DNA from: an uncultured Christensenellaceae bacterium
Lineage (GTDB): Bacteria > Bacillota > Clostridia > Christensenellales > UBA3700
Length of the DNA stretch: 64,000 nt
Reading direction: 5' to 3'
Assembly (NCBI GenBank): GCA_944376205.1
Contig: CALWBV010000006.1
Span: 7,868-71,867, forward strand
Shown here: one piece after another, positions 1-9,171 of the stretch
Position numbering within the stretch: the stretch's first letter is position 1
Layout: every line of letters begins with the position of its first letter
Position numbers and translations under genes: made by a program
Notes under the pieces: model-generated
What the model saw: the letters and a program-made list of their open reading frames with translations, nothing else
Told to the model about the DNA's origin: nothing
Database searches by the model: none

Positions 1-577
1 TGCCGTGAATAAATCTGATAAGGTTGTCTTTGTGTCTTATCACTACCAAAAGCCACATTATTATACAGCATACCACGACCACAACGCTTTCACCGTATGT
101 GATGCAACACGTAAGCGTGAGCGCCGTTATTGCAAGATACGAACCTATAAAACCTATCTTGCATACGAGCAGATATATGACGAGTCCTACGAGTACGCAT
201 GTCGCAACGATAGGAGAAGCAACCAAAAATACGCCTATCGACGTTGCTACGCCCTTGCCGCCTTTGAATCCCGTATATATGGGAAATATATGTCCTATCA
301 CGACTATTGTGCCGAGAATGAAAAGCCAATCTGTCGAACCGCCGTCAATGGCGAATCTTCCTATGAGTGCAAAAGCAAGACCCTTGACGCTGTCAAAAGC
401 AAAAGTAAGCGCTCCCCAGCCCTTGCCTATCGAACGGAGTACGTTCATTGTGCCGGGATTTCCGCTTCCGAGTTTTTTTATATTCTTGCCCTTGATTTTA
501 CTCACGATCGTAGCCGCGTTTATTGATCCCACAAGGTATGCGGCTATCACACAAATAACTTTTATCGCTATATCCAT
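1..577 (-). CDS. plsY: Glycerol-3-phosphate acyltransferase PlsY (C-terminus runs off the left window edge)
   Basis: Own minus-strand translation from the ATG at 577-575: MDIAIKVICVIAAYLVGSINAATIVSKIKGKNIKKLGSGNPGTMNVLRSIGKGWG...IGHIFPIYTGFKGGKGVATSIG. GSGNPGxxNVLR and FKGGKGVAT are PlsY signatures. It is absent from the ORF track because the frame is open at the edge. Confidence 0.85.
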   Translation of the reverse strand, partial: MDIAIKVICVIAAYLVGSINAATIVSKIKGKNIKKLGSGNPGTMNVLRSIGKGWGALTFAFDSVKGLAFALIGRFAIDGGSTDWLFILGTIVVIGHIFPIYTGFKGGKGVATSIGVFLVASPIVATCVLVGLVIYLLVCKIGFIGSYLAITALTLTCCITYGESVVVVVCCIIMWLLVVIRHKDNLIRFIHG

Positions 578-737
578 TTTTCACTACCTTTTCATCATTT
601 TACCATAAAAAAAGGAAGAGTACAACAAATTATTATATATAATTTAATCCCTTAACGTCCCCGTTTATCTCATGAGTCGAACAATATTACAGCCTTTGCC
701 GTATTTGATTTTAGACTTAATGCGCAAGGCTTTTGCG

Positions 738-1613
738 TCAGTATAACGGTATAGGACTTTCGTCAAAATCGGGGACATACTTGTCGTCTGCGCTGTCGGT
801 ATCCTGAACGAATGCGTTGTCAAATCCGCATTTCAATGCGTGCGATACGGCGATTTTGTATTCGATAGGCTTTAGCTTTCTGTCGAGAGGCGGATATTTT
901 TTTGCCTCGCCGAAAGGAATGTACTGTCCCATCACGGAGATGTAAGTTTTCGATGATAAGTTATCCTTTATCCAATCCAGCACTTTCAGAGTATTTGCCG
1001 TCGCACCAGGCAATACGAGATGTCTTATTATCATGCCTTTTTTCATAAGTCCGTCTTGCAATATGTCCTCGGGCTGTTGACGTCTCATCTCTTTTATAGC
1101 CCCGGCGCATACCTCGAAATAGTCGGGAGCGTTGCTGTACTTCTTTGCAAGAGCGTCGTCGGCATACTTGAAATCCGGCAGATAGACGTCGACTATTCCG
1201 TCTAATCTCGAGAGAGTCTCTTTACTCTCATAACCTCCGCAGTTGTAAACTACGGGAATAGAGGGTTTGTAAAGCTCGAACGCTTTGACGATCATATCCG
1301 AAAAGTGCGTCGCCGTAACGAGATTGACGTTATGCGCACCCGAATCCTCTATGCGTTTGAATAAGTCGGCAAGTTGTGCGACCGTGAGCTGACTGCCTTT
1401 TCCTCTCGAAATATCGTAATTCTGACAATATACGCACTTGAGGTTGCAGCCGCTGAAAAAAATCGTGCCGCTTCCTCTTGTACCCGATATAGGCGGTTCT
1501 TCCCACATATGCAGCGAAGCTCGGGCTATCTTAAGTCCTCTTTCTCCGCAATATCCTGTCGTGTTAACTCTGTCCGCTCTGCAACGTCTCGGACAGCAAT
1601 CGCAATATTCCAT
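738..1613 (-). CDS. Radical SAM protein, PflX-like (pyruvate formate-lyase activase-related)
   Basis: ORF 738..1679. CNLKCVYC (CxxxCxxC) follows GTIFFSGC. The N-terminus MEYCDCCPRRC...GYCG is typical of the family. Start set to the ATG at 1613; alternatives are 1631 and 1679. Confidence 0.85.
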   Translation of the reverse strand: MEYCDCCPRRCRADRVNTTGYCGERGLKIARASLHMWEEPPISGTRGSGTIFFSGCNLKCVYCQNYDISRGKGSQLTVAQLADLFKRIEDSGAHNVNLVTATHFSDMIVKAFELYKPSIPVVYNCGGYESKETLSRLDGIVDVYLPDFKYADDALAKKYSNAPDYFEVCAGAIKEMRRQQPEDILQDGLMKKGMIIRHLVLPGATANTLKVLDWIKDNLSSKTYISVMGQYIPFGEAKKYPPLDRKLKPIEYKIAVSHALKCGFDNAFVQDTDSADDKYVPDFDESPIPLY

Positions 1614-1705
1614 ACCACGATTATAGCACATATAAATCCGTATGCAAATCTCTTGCGTCTTTTTTGTCAAATACGCCAATCAAATGCGACGAAGCGTTTG
1701 ACATA

Positions 1706-2395
1706 ATGGCAGGAATCGAAGACCTTCTCAAAAATTACGTCAGCATATCCTCATTGCTCGGCATAATGCTTATGGGTATTCTCGTGCTCAAATTTGACAA
1801 ACCCGCCGCACAACAAGTACAAAAAGGATACAACGGACTGTGGAGCGTATTCGAGATACTTTTGTTTTTCCTCGTAGGTTGCGCAACGGACATAAGTTAC
1901 GCTTTTTCGATTCAAGGCGCAAAAGCCTTGTGTATGATAGTGCTTGCTCTATTGTTCAGAAGCGCAGGCGTGCTATTGTGCGTTGTACGCACTCGTTTTT
2001 ATGCAAAAGAAAAAATCTTTATAGTGCTGTCATATCTTCCCAAAGCCACCGTACAAGCATCGATAGGCGCTATCGCTCTCACCGAAGGATTGGCGTGCGG
2101 CAAAATAGCGCTTACCGCCGCAGTGATAGCAATCGTATTTACCGCCCCCGTAGGCGCTCTGTTGATGGATCTTACTTATAAAAAACTTCTCGAACCGCCT
2201 GTATTTGCAAAAATCGACGGCAAATGCGATTTGTCGCAAGACACAGATACGGTAAACCGTCCCGAAAAAGCAGCTTTTCCCGCAGATAACTGCGTCCTTA
2301 GTCCTTCGGCTTGCGGTTCGGCACAAGTCTCCTATTCATGCGAAAGCATGTCTTCAGCCGCCCGGAATTGCGACGGCAAGTCGTCTGACGAGTGA
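1706..2395 (+). pseudogene. Cation:proton antiporter family, C-terminal fragment only (probable 5'-truncated remnant)
   Basis: ORF 1664..2395. Only about 5 C-terminal TM helices are present, with the KEKIFIVLSYLPKATVQASIGAIAL motif typical of the distal half of Na+/H+ exchanger-type transporters. The N-terminal half is missing, and the ORF start abuts or overlaps the divergent radical SAM gene. Confidence 0.45.
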
Positions 2396-2509
2396 TGACA
2401 ACACCAGCATAAATTCTCAACAAAAAAGGACGCTTTTGCGTCCTTAAATTCATTGTCTTCATAACATGCGTAAGTCTCAAAATACGCAATATATATTTTT
2501 CTGCACGAT

Positions 2510-3139
2510 TCAACGTACGGGCAATCCTCGTTTGAGCCGCTCTATCTTTTCCGCCTTTGTAATAGTATAGTCTTCGAAACCTACCGCAACGATCTCACCT
2601 ATTATCTCCGCAAGATTTTCAAGGCTGATTTTCAACGTGCCCTTGAAAGCGTCTTCGAACATCGAACAAAATCCGTTGGTATAAAATCTCACGAGCACGC
2701 CGAAAGTCTTGAGATCCTTTATATGATTTATCTTGTCGTTATCGCCTATTACCGTATTGATAAACAATTCTTTGAGTTTGTCTATAAAGTGACTGCCGAC
2801 ATTGGCGCATATCAGTCTTTTGTAAAAATCGAAATCCTTTTGAAGAAGACTCGCTATGCTCTTCAAAAAGGGAGTGGGGTTTTCCATGACGCTCTCTTCG
2901 TATGACATAAAAGAATTGAGTATGCCGTCGGCAACCTGTTTTTCTATCTCCTCCAAAACTTCGGTCATGTTGTTGTAATGAGCATAAAACGTACTGCGGT
3001 TTATACCTGCAGCCTTGACGATTTCTGTGACGGAAATCGTCTCGAAATCCTTTTTCTGCAACAATTCGCCCAATGCGTTTTTGATGAGTTTTCTCGATTT
3101 GACCGCACTGCTGTATTCGCTTTTTTCGCCTGTTTTCAT
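2510..3139 (-). CDS. TetR/AcrR family transcriptional regulator
   Basis: N-terminal HTH ISVTEIVKAAGINRSTFYAHYNNMTEVL is the TetR-type signature. 209 aa, with AGAGGAAAA upstream of the ATG. Confidence 0.9.
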   Translation of the reverse strand: MKTGEKSEYSSAVKSRKLIKNALGELLQKKDFETISVTEIVKAAGINRSTFYAHYNNMTEVLEEIEKQVADGILNSFMSYEESVMENPTPFLKSIASLLQKDFDFYKRLICANVGSHFIDKLKELFINTVIGDNDKINHIKDLKTFGVLVRFYTNGFCSMFEDAFKGTLKISLENLAEIIGEIVAVGFEDYTITKAEKIERLKRGLPVR

Positions 3140-3168
3140 TTTTCCTCTTACCTTATCTTGATTGCTTT

Positions 3169-3984
3169 TTATCGCACTTCGATGTCAAGCGCCTCTTTGT
3201 AAACTTCATCCCTCGTAAGCGAGTTGGCTTTGGCAACCTGTTTGACGGCGCTCTTTTTATCCATACCGTTTTCAATAAGACTAATGAGCTGTTCCTTTAT
3301 GCTGCCGCAAGGCTTTTGCCGTATTTTTTCGCCGCACTCGACTATAAGCACGTATTCGCCTTTTGCTTCGCCCTCAAACCCCGCCGCCAACGTGGTGACG
3401 ATATGTTGTTCGTGAATCTTTGTAAGTTCTCTTATAATGTGCAGTTTTCTGTCGCCGAGACGTGAATACAGATAAGCGATATCCTTGTCGACGTCATAAG
3501 GAGAACTGTAAAAAACCAAAGAAGTCGTTATGTCCTTAAAGGGCAAAACAAGCGAATCTTTATCCTTGGTTTTTGACGGCAAAAAACCTATGAAAGTAAA
3601 CACGGGTTGTATTATGCCGCTCAATGCCATTGCCGTAGTCAGCGCAGTGGGTCCGGGGATAACGGTTATGTCAACTCCCTTCTCCGACAGTCCGTTGACC
3701 ACTACCGCCCCCGGATCGGAAACGGCAGGCATACCTGCGTCTGTTACAAGTGCAACGTCCTTACCCTCGCAAAGCATTGCGTATATTTTGTCTACGCTCT
3801 CCTTTTCGTTGAATTTATGGCAGGCAAACAAAGGTTTTTTTATATCGTAATAGTTGAGAAGTTTGAGCGAATGACGGGTATCTTCGCAAGCTATCGCATC
3901 CGCTTGTCGCAAAGTATCCAAAGCTCTTTGACTTATATCTCCGAGATTTCCTATAGGCGTACCTACAAGATAAAGTTTTGCCAT
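3169..3984 (-). CDS. rsmI: 16S rRNA (cytidine1402-2'-O)-methyltransferase RsmI
   Basis: KLYLVGTPIGNLGDISQRALDTL...IACEDTRHSLKLL...LVTDAGMPAVSDPG is the RsmI/tetrapyrrole-methylase-fold signature. Start chosen at the second ATG (3984), 7 nt after GGAGAG. Confidence 0.9.
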   Translation of the reverse strand: MAKLYLVGTPIGNLGDISQRALDTLRQADAIACEDTRHSLKLLNYYDIKKPLFACHKFNEKESVDKIYAMLCEGKDVALVTDAGMPAVSDPGAVVVNGLSEKGVDITVIPGPTALTTAMALSGIIQPVFTFIGFLPSKTKDKDSLVLPFKDITTSLVFYSSPYDVDKDIAYLYSRLGDRKLHIIRELTKIHEQHIVTTLAAGFEGEAKGEYVLIVECGEKIRQKPCGSIKEQLISLIENGMDKKSAVKQVAKANSLTRDEVYKEALDIEVR

Positions 3985-4181
3985 GGCCATTCTCTCCTTT
4001 TGTTGTCCATTAACAATATAACACATTATCTTATCCGAAGCAATCGCTATTAAAAGTAAAATGCAATTTTAACCGCTTTCTTTCTTTACATAATTTTGCC
4101 TTAATGTTATAATAAATTGTAATAGATACATACTGTCTTTATTGATACATTCGGAATATACTGTACACGAAAGAAACGATT

Positions 4182-4904
4182 ATGAGCGGATATTACAGAA
4201 AAATTCTTAATTCGGTTATATGTTTTTACGTCTGCGTCATCACCACAGTGATGATAATATTTTTCGTATATTACGACGCCTACGGCAATTATATGTCCAC
4301 TATGCTCAAACCCAAGACCGAAAAAGCGCAACACTATGCCGAACTCAACAAAACCGCCGAACACAACTGGACGGTCTTCTTCGGCGATTCTCTCACCGAA
4401 CTTTGCGACACACAAAAATATTATCCGGAAATTCCCAATCACAACAGAGGTATCTCGGGCGATACCACTCAAGGTATGCTCTCTCGTCTTGATGACAACG
4501 TAATCAATATCGAACCCTCGACTGTGGTGTTTCTCGGCGGTATCAACGATATAGGTCACGGCACGGCGATAGATACCTTGCTCTCAAATATAGATAAGAT
4601 ATTGGCTCGTATAACCGAATGTCTGCCCGAATGTGAGATACTCGTACAGTCGCTTTATCCCGTAAATCCGCACAAGAAACCCGCTTTTCTCAATGCGGTT
4701 GGCATTCGTACCAACGAAGCCGTACTTTCGGTCAATGCCGTATTGCCCGAAATTTGCAGTAAATACGACGCAACTTATATAAACATACATGACCTTCTTA
4801 CGGACGAAAACGGCAATCTCAACAAACATTATACCGCCGACGGATTGCATATCAATGCCGACGGCTACAAAATCGTAACCAAAGAAATAAAGCGCTATCT
4901 TTAA
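4182..4904 (+). CDS. SGNH/GDSL-family hydrolase with N-terminal membrane anchor
   Basis: The four conserved blocks are present: FFGDSLT, GISGDT, LGGINDI and DGLHIN. Confidence 0.85.
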   Translation: MSGYYRKILNSVICFYVCVITTVMIIFFVYYDAYGNYMSTMLKPKTEKAQHYAELNKTAEHNWTVFFGDSLTELCDTQKYYPEIPNHNRGISGDTTQGMLSRLDDNVINIEPSTVVFLGGINDIGHGTAIDTLLSNIDKILARITECLPECEILVQSLYPVNPHKKPAFLNAVGIRTNEAVLSVNAVLPEICSKYDATYINIHDLLTDENGNLNKHYTADGLHINADGYKIVTKEIKRYL

Positions 4905-4971
4905 TATTGACATTGCTTATCGACAAAAAAGAAAATTATAGATACGATAAAATTTTATATTAATACAACAA

Positions 4972-4992
4972 GGGAGCAATTGCTCCTTTTTT
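4972..4992 (+). terminator. Rho-independent terminator after the SGNH hydrolase gene
   Basis: GGGAGCAATTGCTCC hairpin followed by TTTTTT. Confidence 0.7.
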
Positions 4993-5164
4993 AATTCAAT
5001 CGTCAATGATAAGTTTTTATCAAAAGCCTATTGCAACAACTTACGATATGAATCCATACGCCGCATTGCATCGTTTAATTCAGGTTTTTACTTGCGACAA
5101 ACAAAAAGAAAGGGCGAAAAGAAATCTTTCCTTTCGCCTTTTCAATATTAAGGGATTGTGTTTG

Positions 5165-5692
5165 CTATTTTTTAGCTCCGCTGATTACTGCGCCCGCACC
5201 GCCGACGATACCGCCTATCATTGTCAGATAACAACCTGCTGCAAGAGTTGTGGTTGCGCTTGCGACTCCAAATAAATCACCGCTCATTTCCTTACCCATA
5301 AGAGCAGTAAATACTGCAGCGAGGATACCTGCTACTACTGCAAGAACACCGGCTATCATACCTATTGTCTTGAGAAGTTTCATCTTGAGAAGTCCGCCTA
5401 CGAGGAAACAGCCGAATGCCGCTGCCGTGGCGATAAGAGTAATCCACGCACATGTGTATGTAATGTCAAAATATTTTATCGAATAGTCCTCATCTATTTC
5501 TCTCCTATCCGCCTGACTGTCATACAAATCTTGCAAAGTCTTGCTTGATTCGGTGGAGACAATGATTGCCTCACCCTTTGTCGTAATCCAATCGGTAAAG
5601 ATACCTACAACGGATAATACGAGACCTACTGCCATAACTGCCAGCATAATCCAAGCCAACATAGTCATACCGGCTTTTTTCTTTTTTGCCAT
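5165..5692 (-). CDS. Hypothetical multi-pass membrane protein
   Basis: ORF 5165..5722. Start taken at MAKKKKAGMTMLAWIML (5692). Four predicted TM stretches and a Gly/Ala-rich C-terminal half. No family recognised. Confidence 0.6.
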   Translation of the reverse strand: MAKKKKAGMTMLAWIMLAVMAVGLVLSVVGIFTDWITTKGEAIIVSTESSKTLQDLYDSQADRREIDEDYSIKYFDITYTCAWITLIATAAAFGCFLVGGLLKMKLLKTIGMIAGVLAVVAGILAAVFTALMGKEMSGDLFGVASATTTLAAGCYLTMIGGIVGGAGAVISGAKK

Positions 5693-6068
5693 AATAAACC
5701 TCCTGAAACAGTTTGTTTTCAATTATAAGAAAAGGTGGCATACTAATAGTAGGTCCACCTAAATCCACAACTTTATTTTACCTTAAAAATATCTTAATGT
5801 CAATACCCATTTTAATTATTTTACACTTTTGAACGATTATTAAAAATTACAATATACTATATTGTATATATAAAATTTTTATTCCGTAATAAACGGTTTT
5901 CTCGTCAAAAGGGACTGATATTGAACAGCATTGTCTTTGCACTCTCTTTTGCAATACCGCATTAATATCTGATGTCGGACATAAAGACTTCTACACTAGG
6001 AATAGTCGGTTAAAACTACCCAAAACCGCTACACTAGGAATTGTTAGTCGGTTTTGTTGTCAATCTAT

Positions 6069-6116
6069 AAAAAAACCACTCTCACGTCAATACGGAGAGT
6101 GGTCGTTTTTCTTTTT
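6069..6116 (-). terminator. Terminator-like hairpin ACCACTCTC-N11-GAGAGTGGT flanked by an A-run and a T-run
   Basis: AAAAAACCACTCTCACGTCAATACGGAGAGTGGTCGTTTTTCTTTTT. This is the first convincing terminator downstream of the 832-aa gene, about 400 nt past its stop. The same hairpin type occurs at 47162-47204 and 47333-47370. Confidence 0.55.
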
Positions 6117-6118
6117 AT

Positions 6119-6515
6119 TACCCACTGCTTGCGAACACACAATGGTTTATACTTTTTTTTCGTGTGCCCCTATACAATGGTGCTTATTTATGCTAACGCA
6201 GTGTATATTACTTTTTTTCGTGCGCCCTTGGAGAAGGGTGCAGAGTTTGCTTTTTCGAGGTCGCCCGCAAAGGCGCGTACTAGATGTACGTAACTGCCGC
6301 GGGCGCACCGCTGATAAAAGCTAAATATGTGCCATTATACAAGGGCGCCTATTTATGCGAACGCAGTGTGTATTACTTTTTTTTCGTGCGCCCTTGGAGA
6401 AGGGTGCAGAGTTTGCTTTTTCGAGGTCGCCCGCAAAGGAGCGTACTAGATGTACGTAACTGCTGCGGGCGCACCGCTGATAAAAGCTAAATATGTGCCC
6501 TTATACAAGGGCGCC
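6119..6515 (+). repeat. Tandem array of the intergenic repeat family (166-bp period: two full units, one internally deleted unit and a head fragment)
   Basis: Full units are 6217-6349 and 6383-6515. They differ at 3 positions by my alignment. Each has the head TTCGTGCGCCCTTGGAGAAGGGTG and the tail GTGCCCTTATACAAGGGCGCC. The array ends 3 nt from the stop codon at 6519-6521. Confidence 0.9.
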
Positions 6516-6518
6516 TAT

Positions 6519-9017
6519 TTATCTTTTGCGCCAGATACGATATACCTCACCGCCAGCCAACGCAATCATCTTGACAGCATTGGGAGTAATCTCGTCAACA
6601 TATACTTTGAGTTTTTTGTTGACAACCTGACCGTCTTCGATAATGAGGTAGTTTGCATTCTGTACGCCGATACCGCCTTCTCTTATGGAATCGATGGTAA
6701 CAATGTCTCCGTCGTCAAACTGTCCTACGATATCGTCGAGAGAAACAGTGGTCTTGATAAATCTCATGAACTTGTTCTCTTCGGTATATACGTCAGCAAG
6801 CTGTTCTGCAAGTTCGTCGGGAAGCTGCTCTGCCTGTTCGAGAGTTATGGAATCTCTGACAAGATAGCCGTAACCTTTTCTTTCTGCAAGAGTCATTCCT
6901 TCGGGAGAGAGTTCCTCTGTAAAGTCTTTCTCTTTATATCTGGGCTTTTTCTCGAGGGCACAAGCTTCTGCAGTCTTTGCGATGAGTTCTTTTGCCTTCT
7001 TTACTGCGAGTTTGGATCTTACAGGCATGAGCGTAGGAATTTCGACAACACCTCTCTTTTCGCTCATATCCTTGTGGTGATAGTACTTCTCATCGAGAGA
7101 TGCGGGATCGAGTGCAAGGTAGAGTTTGAGAGTCTTGCCGTTGATGACTATTCTCGCCTTGGTCTCACGACTGTGATTGAAGTTTTCCTTGGTCTTGCTG
7201 ATTCTGTTTCTGAATCCGTAAGAAAGGAGTTCGTTTTTGAGTTCTGAATAGAATTTCTTGAGGTCGTCGCTTGCAAGTCTCAATTTCGTCATAAAGGTGA
7301 ATCTGGGTCTTACACTCTTGATTGCACTGATATCCTCTTCTTCCTCGTCTTCCTCATCGTCATCCTCGTCGTCTTCTTCTTTTTGCTGATTCATAAGAGC
7401 TACGATGTTGGTCTCGATATTTGCAAGTCTTTCGTTGATTTCGTCGTCGTTTCTGTTGTCCTCTACGGGCACGTAAACTGTCTGAACGATAGGCTGTTGT
7501 TGTACGGGTTCCTCAACGGGTTCGTCGACAGGTTCCTCAACAGGTTCTTCTACAGGCTCCTCGACAGGCTCGACAACTTCTTCGACTGGTTCTTCCACAG
7601 GCTCGTCAACAGGCTCCTCTATCACTTCTGCTACAGGTTCCTCAACGGGCTCTTCGACGGGTTCCTCTACAGGCTCCTCAATAGGTTCGTCAACAGGTTC
7701 CTCGATAGGCTCTTCGATATGAACTTCTTCTTGAGGTTCTTCGATTTCCTGTTGTTCCTCGGCTGCGAAAACGGGCTTGGATATAACTACGTGCGCTCTC
7801 GTATCTCTCTTGTAGATAGACATCTTGAGCGTGTACTGACAGAGTATCAACCACAATACGCCTATGATTCCGCACGCTATGGCGATATACATATACATGT
7901 AAATTTTGCCGGTAAAATAGTACAACAGCGTGCCTATCGCACCGATTATGAATATGTAAGGCATACAGTCAACAAGGTTTGCTCTGCCTCTTACGAGTCT
8001 TATGAACAAAGATACTACCATCATTACGATTGCGGCAGCCGCAAAAACGAACGTTACGACTACTTCGAGATCGGTTGCGATAAATTCGAAATTCTCAAGC
8101 ATAGGAGATTGCGTAATGATGAATATTATCATGATACCTACGAGTGCAAGCATTACGATAAATGCAGCGTACTTGGTAAATACTACCTTGAAGTACATAA
8201 GAAGCTTGTTGCTGGCACTGTAAACCGCATCGTTTGCCTTCTCTTGTATTCTTACTTTGAATATGGCAATTCTTATCGTCATGAGCACGAGCATTATTCC
8301 CGTAAGCGCAAGCGTCATGATAGCAAGTTCGTTGATAGGCGAGAAGTGTTTGAGAATGACGCATTGCAAAATCATTCCGAAACATACCAACAGTCCTATC
8401 AGCAAGAATGCGTCAAGCGAACAAACTTTCTGACTGCGCATCGTGATAAACGCCCATACGACAAGTGCCGCGCCCATTATCGATACGAGAACGATCATAG
8501 GCACTTTGTGTTCCTGGAAGAAAGAAATACCTGCGCCGTCTGCGATGTCTGCCGCAAAGAATACTACGTAAAGCAAACATGTAATAGGCAAAAACGTGAT
8601 AGGATTGTAGAATTTGAGCAACGAACCGAAGTAAAACGCAACTTTGTTACGCTTTTTCTTCTTGCTGTCGTCTTCCTCTTCTTCTTTTACCTCGTGGCTG
8701 TCGTAAGTCTCATAACGGAGTTCACCGCCGGGACCGTAAGGAAGCTCGTTTTCTTCTTCCTTTTCGGGTTCGTCGATAAAGCCTACGACGGCTTTTTTCT
8801 TCTTACCCTTTTTGCCCTTTGCCTCGGCAAAAGTATCGACGCTCTTTTTCTTCTTTTTGGACTTGTCCTTTTTACCTTCGGCCTGTACTCTGACAATAGT
8901 AGTCTGTTCGGGTTGAGGTTGTGCAACCTCCTCCTTAACTTCGGCTACATTCTCGGGTACTGCCGCAGTATCTAAAGTCTGGTCTGTGTTTTCTGCTTTT
9001 TTCTTGGCTTTTTTCAT
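6519..9017 (-). CDS. Large hypothetical membrane protein: Lys-rich N-terminus, about 8-10 TM helices, (P-V/I-E-E)n acidic repeat, globular C-terminal domain
   Basis: 832-aa ORF. Contains EEPVEEPVEEPVEEPV repeats and the acidic run EEDDEDDDEEDEEEED. The C-terminal roughly 70 aa (VSLDDIVGQFDDGDIVT...KKLKVYVDEITPNAVKMIALAGGEVYRI) resemble the C-terminal module of ribosomal protein uL15. Confidence 0.75.
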   Translation of the reverse strand: MKKAKKKAENTDQTLDTAAVPENVAEVKEEVAQPQPEQTTIVRVQAEGKKDKSKKKKKSVDTFAEAKGKKGKKKKAVVGFIDEPEKEEENELPYGPGGELRYETYDSHEVKEEEEDDSKKKKRNKVAFYFGSLLKFYNPITFLPITCLLYVVFFAADIADGAGISFFQEHKVPMIVLVSIMGAALVVWAFITMRSQKVCSLDAFLLIGLLVCFGMILQCVILKHFSPINELAIMTLALTGIMLVLMTIRIAIFKVRIQEKANDAVYSASNKLLMYFKVVFTKYAAFIVMLALVGIMIIFIITQSPMLENFEFIATDLEVVVTFVFAAAAIVMMVVSLFIRLVRGRANLVDCMPYIFIIGAIGTLLYYFTGKIYMYMYIAIACGIIGVLWLILCQYTLKMSIYKRDTRAHVVISKPVFAAEEQQEIEEPQEEVHIEEPIEEPVDEPIEEPVEEPVEEPVEEPVAEVIEEPVDEPVEEPVEEVVEPVEEPVEEPVEEPVDEPVEEPVQQQPIVQTVYVPVEDNRNDDEINERLANIETNIVALMNQQKEEDDEDDDEEDEEEEDISAIKSVRPRFTFMTKLRLASDDLKKFYSELKNELLSYGFRNRISKTKENFNHSRETKARIVINGKTLKLYLALDPASLDEKYYHHKDMSEKRGVVEIPTLMPVRSKLAVKKAKELIAKTAEACALEKKPRYKEKDFTEELSPEGMTLAERKGYGYLVRDSITLEQAEQLPDELAEQLADVYTEENKFMRFIKTTVSLDDIVGQFDDGDIVTIDSIREGGIGVQNANYLIIEDGQVVNKKLKVYVDEITPNAVKMIALAGGEVYRIWRKR
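7506..7717 (-). repeat. In-frame 12-nt-period coding repeat (PVEE/PIEE units)
   Basis: The plus strand shows repeated GGTTCCTCNACNGG / GGCTCCTCNACAGG units, which translate on the minus strand as EEPVEEPVDEPIEEP. Confidence 0.85.
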
Positions 9018-9143
9018 AAAAACCCCCTTGACCTTTAAGTATTTTTTAAGATAGTTAAATATATTATATTATATCGCACGCACTAAAATCAATGCTTTTG
9101 GCGATATTTTCATATTTTTTTAATTTTTTACATGTTTTTGTGC

Positions 9144-9166
9144 GAAAAACCCGTGTTTTTGCGGGT
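9144..9166 (-). terminator. Rho-independent terminator after the HAD hydrolase gene
   Basis: The minus strand reads ACCCGCAAAAACACGGGTTTTTCG. Confidence 0.6.
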
Positions 9167-9171
9167 ATAAT

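Noticed and set aside
5-608. Plus-strand ORFs 5..526 and 24..608 at the left edge
   Set aside because: Their composition is odd (Tyr/Arg/His-rich or Thr/Pro-rich) and they show no family signal. The minus strand encodes an unmistakable PlsY with the GSGNPG and FKGGKGVAT motifs.
5991-6053. Short direct repeat CTACACTAGGAAT(A/T)GT..GTCGGTT occurring twice, with an AAAACCG...CGGTTTT hairpin
   Set aside because: There are only two copies and no match elsewhere in the window. It is too little to interpret.
6054-6490. Small ORFs translating the repeat units (recurrent FVRPWRRVQSLLFRGRPQR peptides; also 25580..25819 and 57767..57967)
   Set aside because: The frame is not preserved among copies: there are indels, and the 58145 copy has an in-frame stop right after FVRPWRK. 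No RBS is present, and copies occur in both orientations relative to their neighbours. I treat this as non-coding repeat sequence.
6119-6515. Possibility that the repeat arrays are CRISPR arrays
   Set aside because: The units are 130-166 nt and directly abut one another. There is no alternation of short constant repeats with unique spacers, and no cas genes lie in the window.
7383-8975. 530-aa plus-strand ORF
   Set aside because: It is a shadow of the 832-aa membrane-protein gene. Its LNRF/LDRL repeats are simply the reverse reading of the PVEE repeat.
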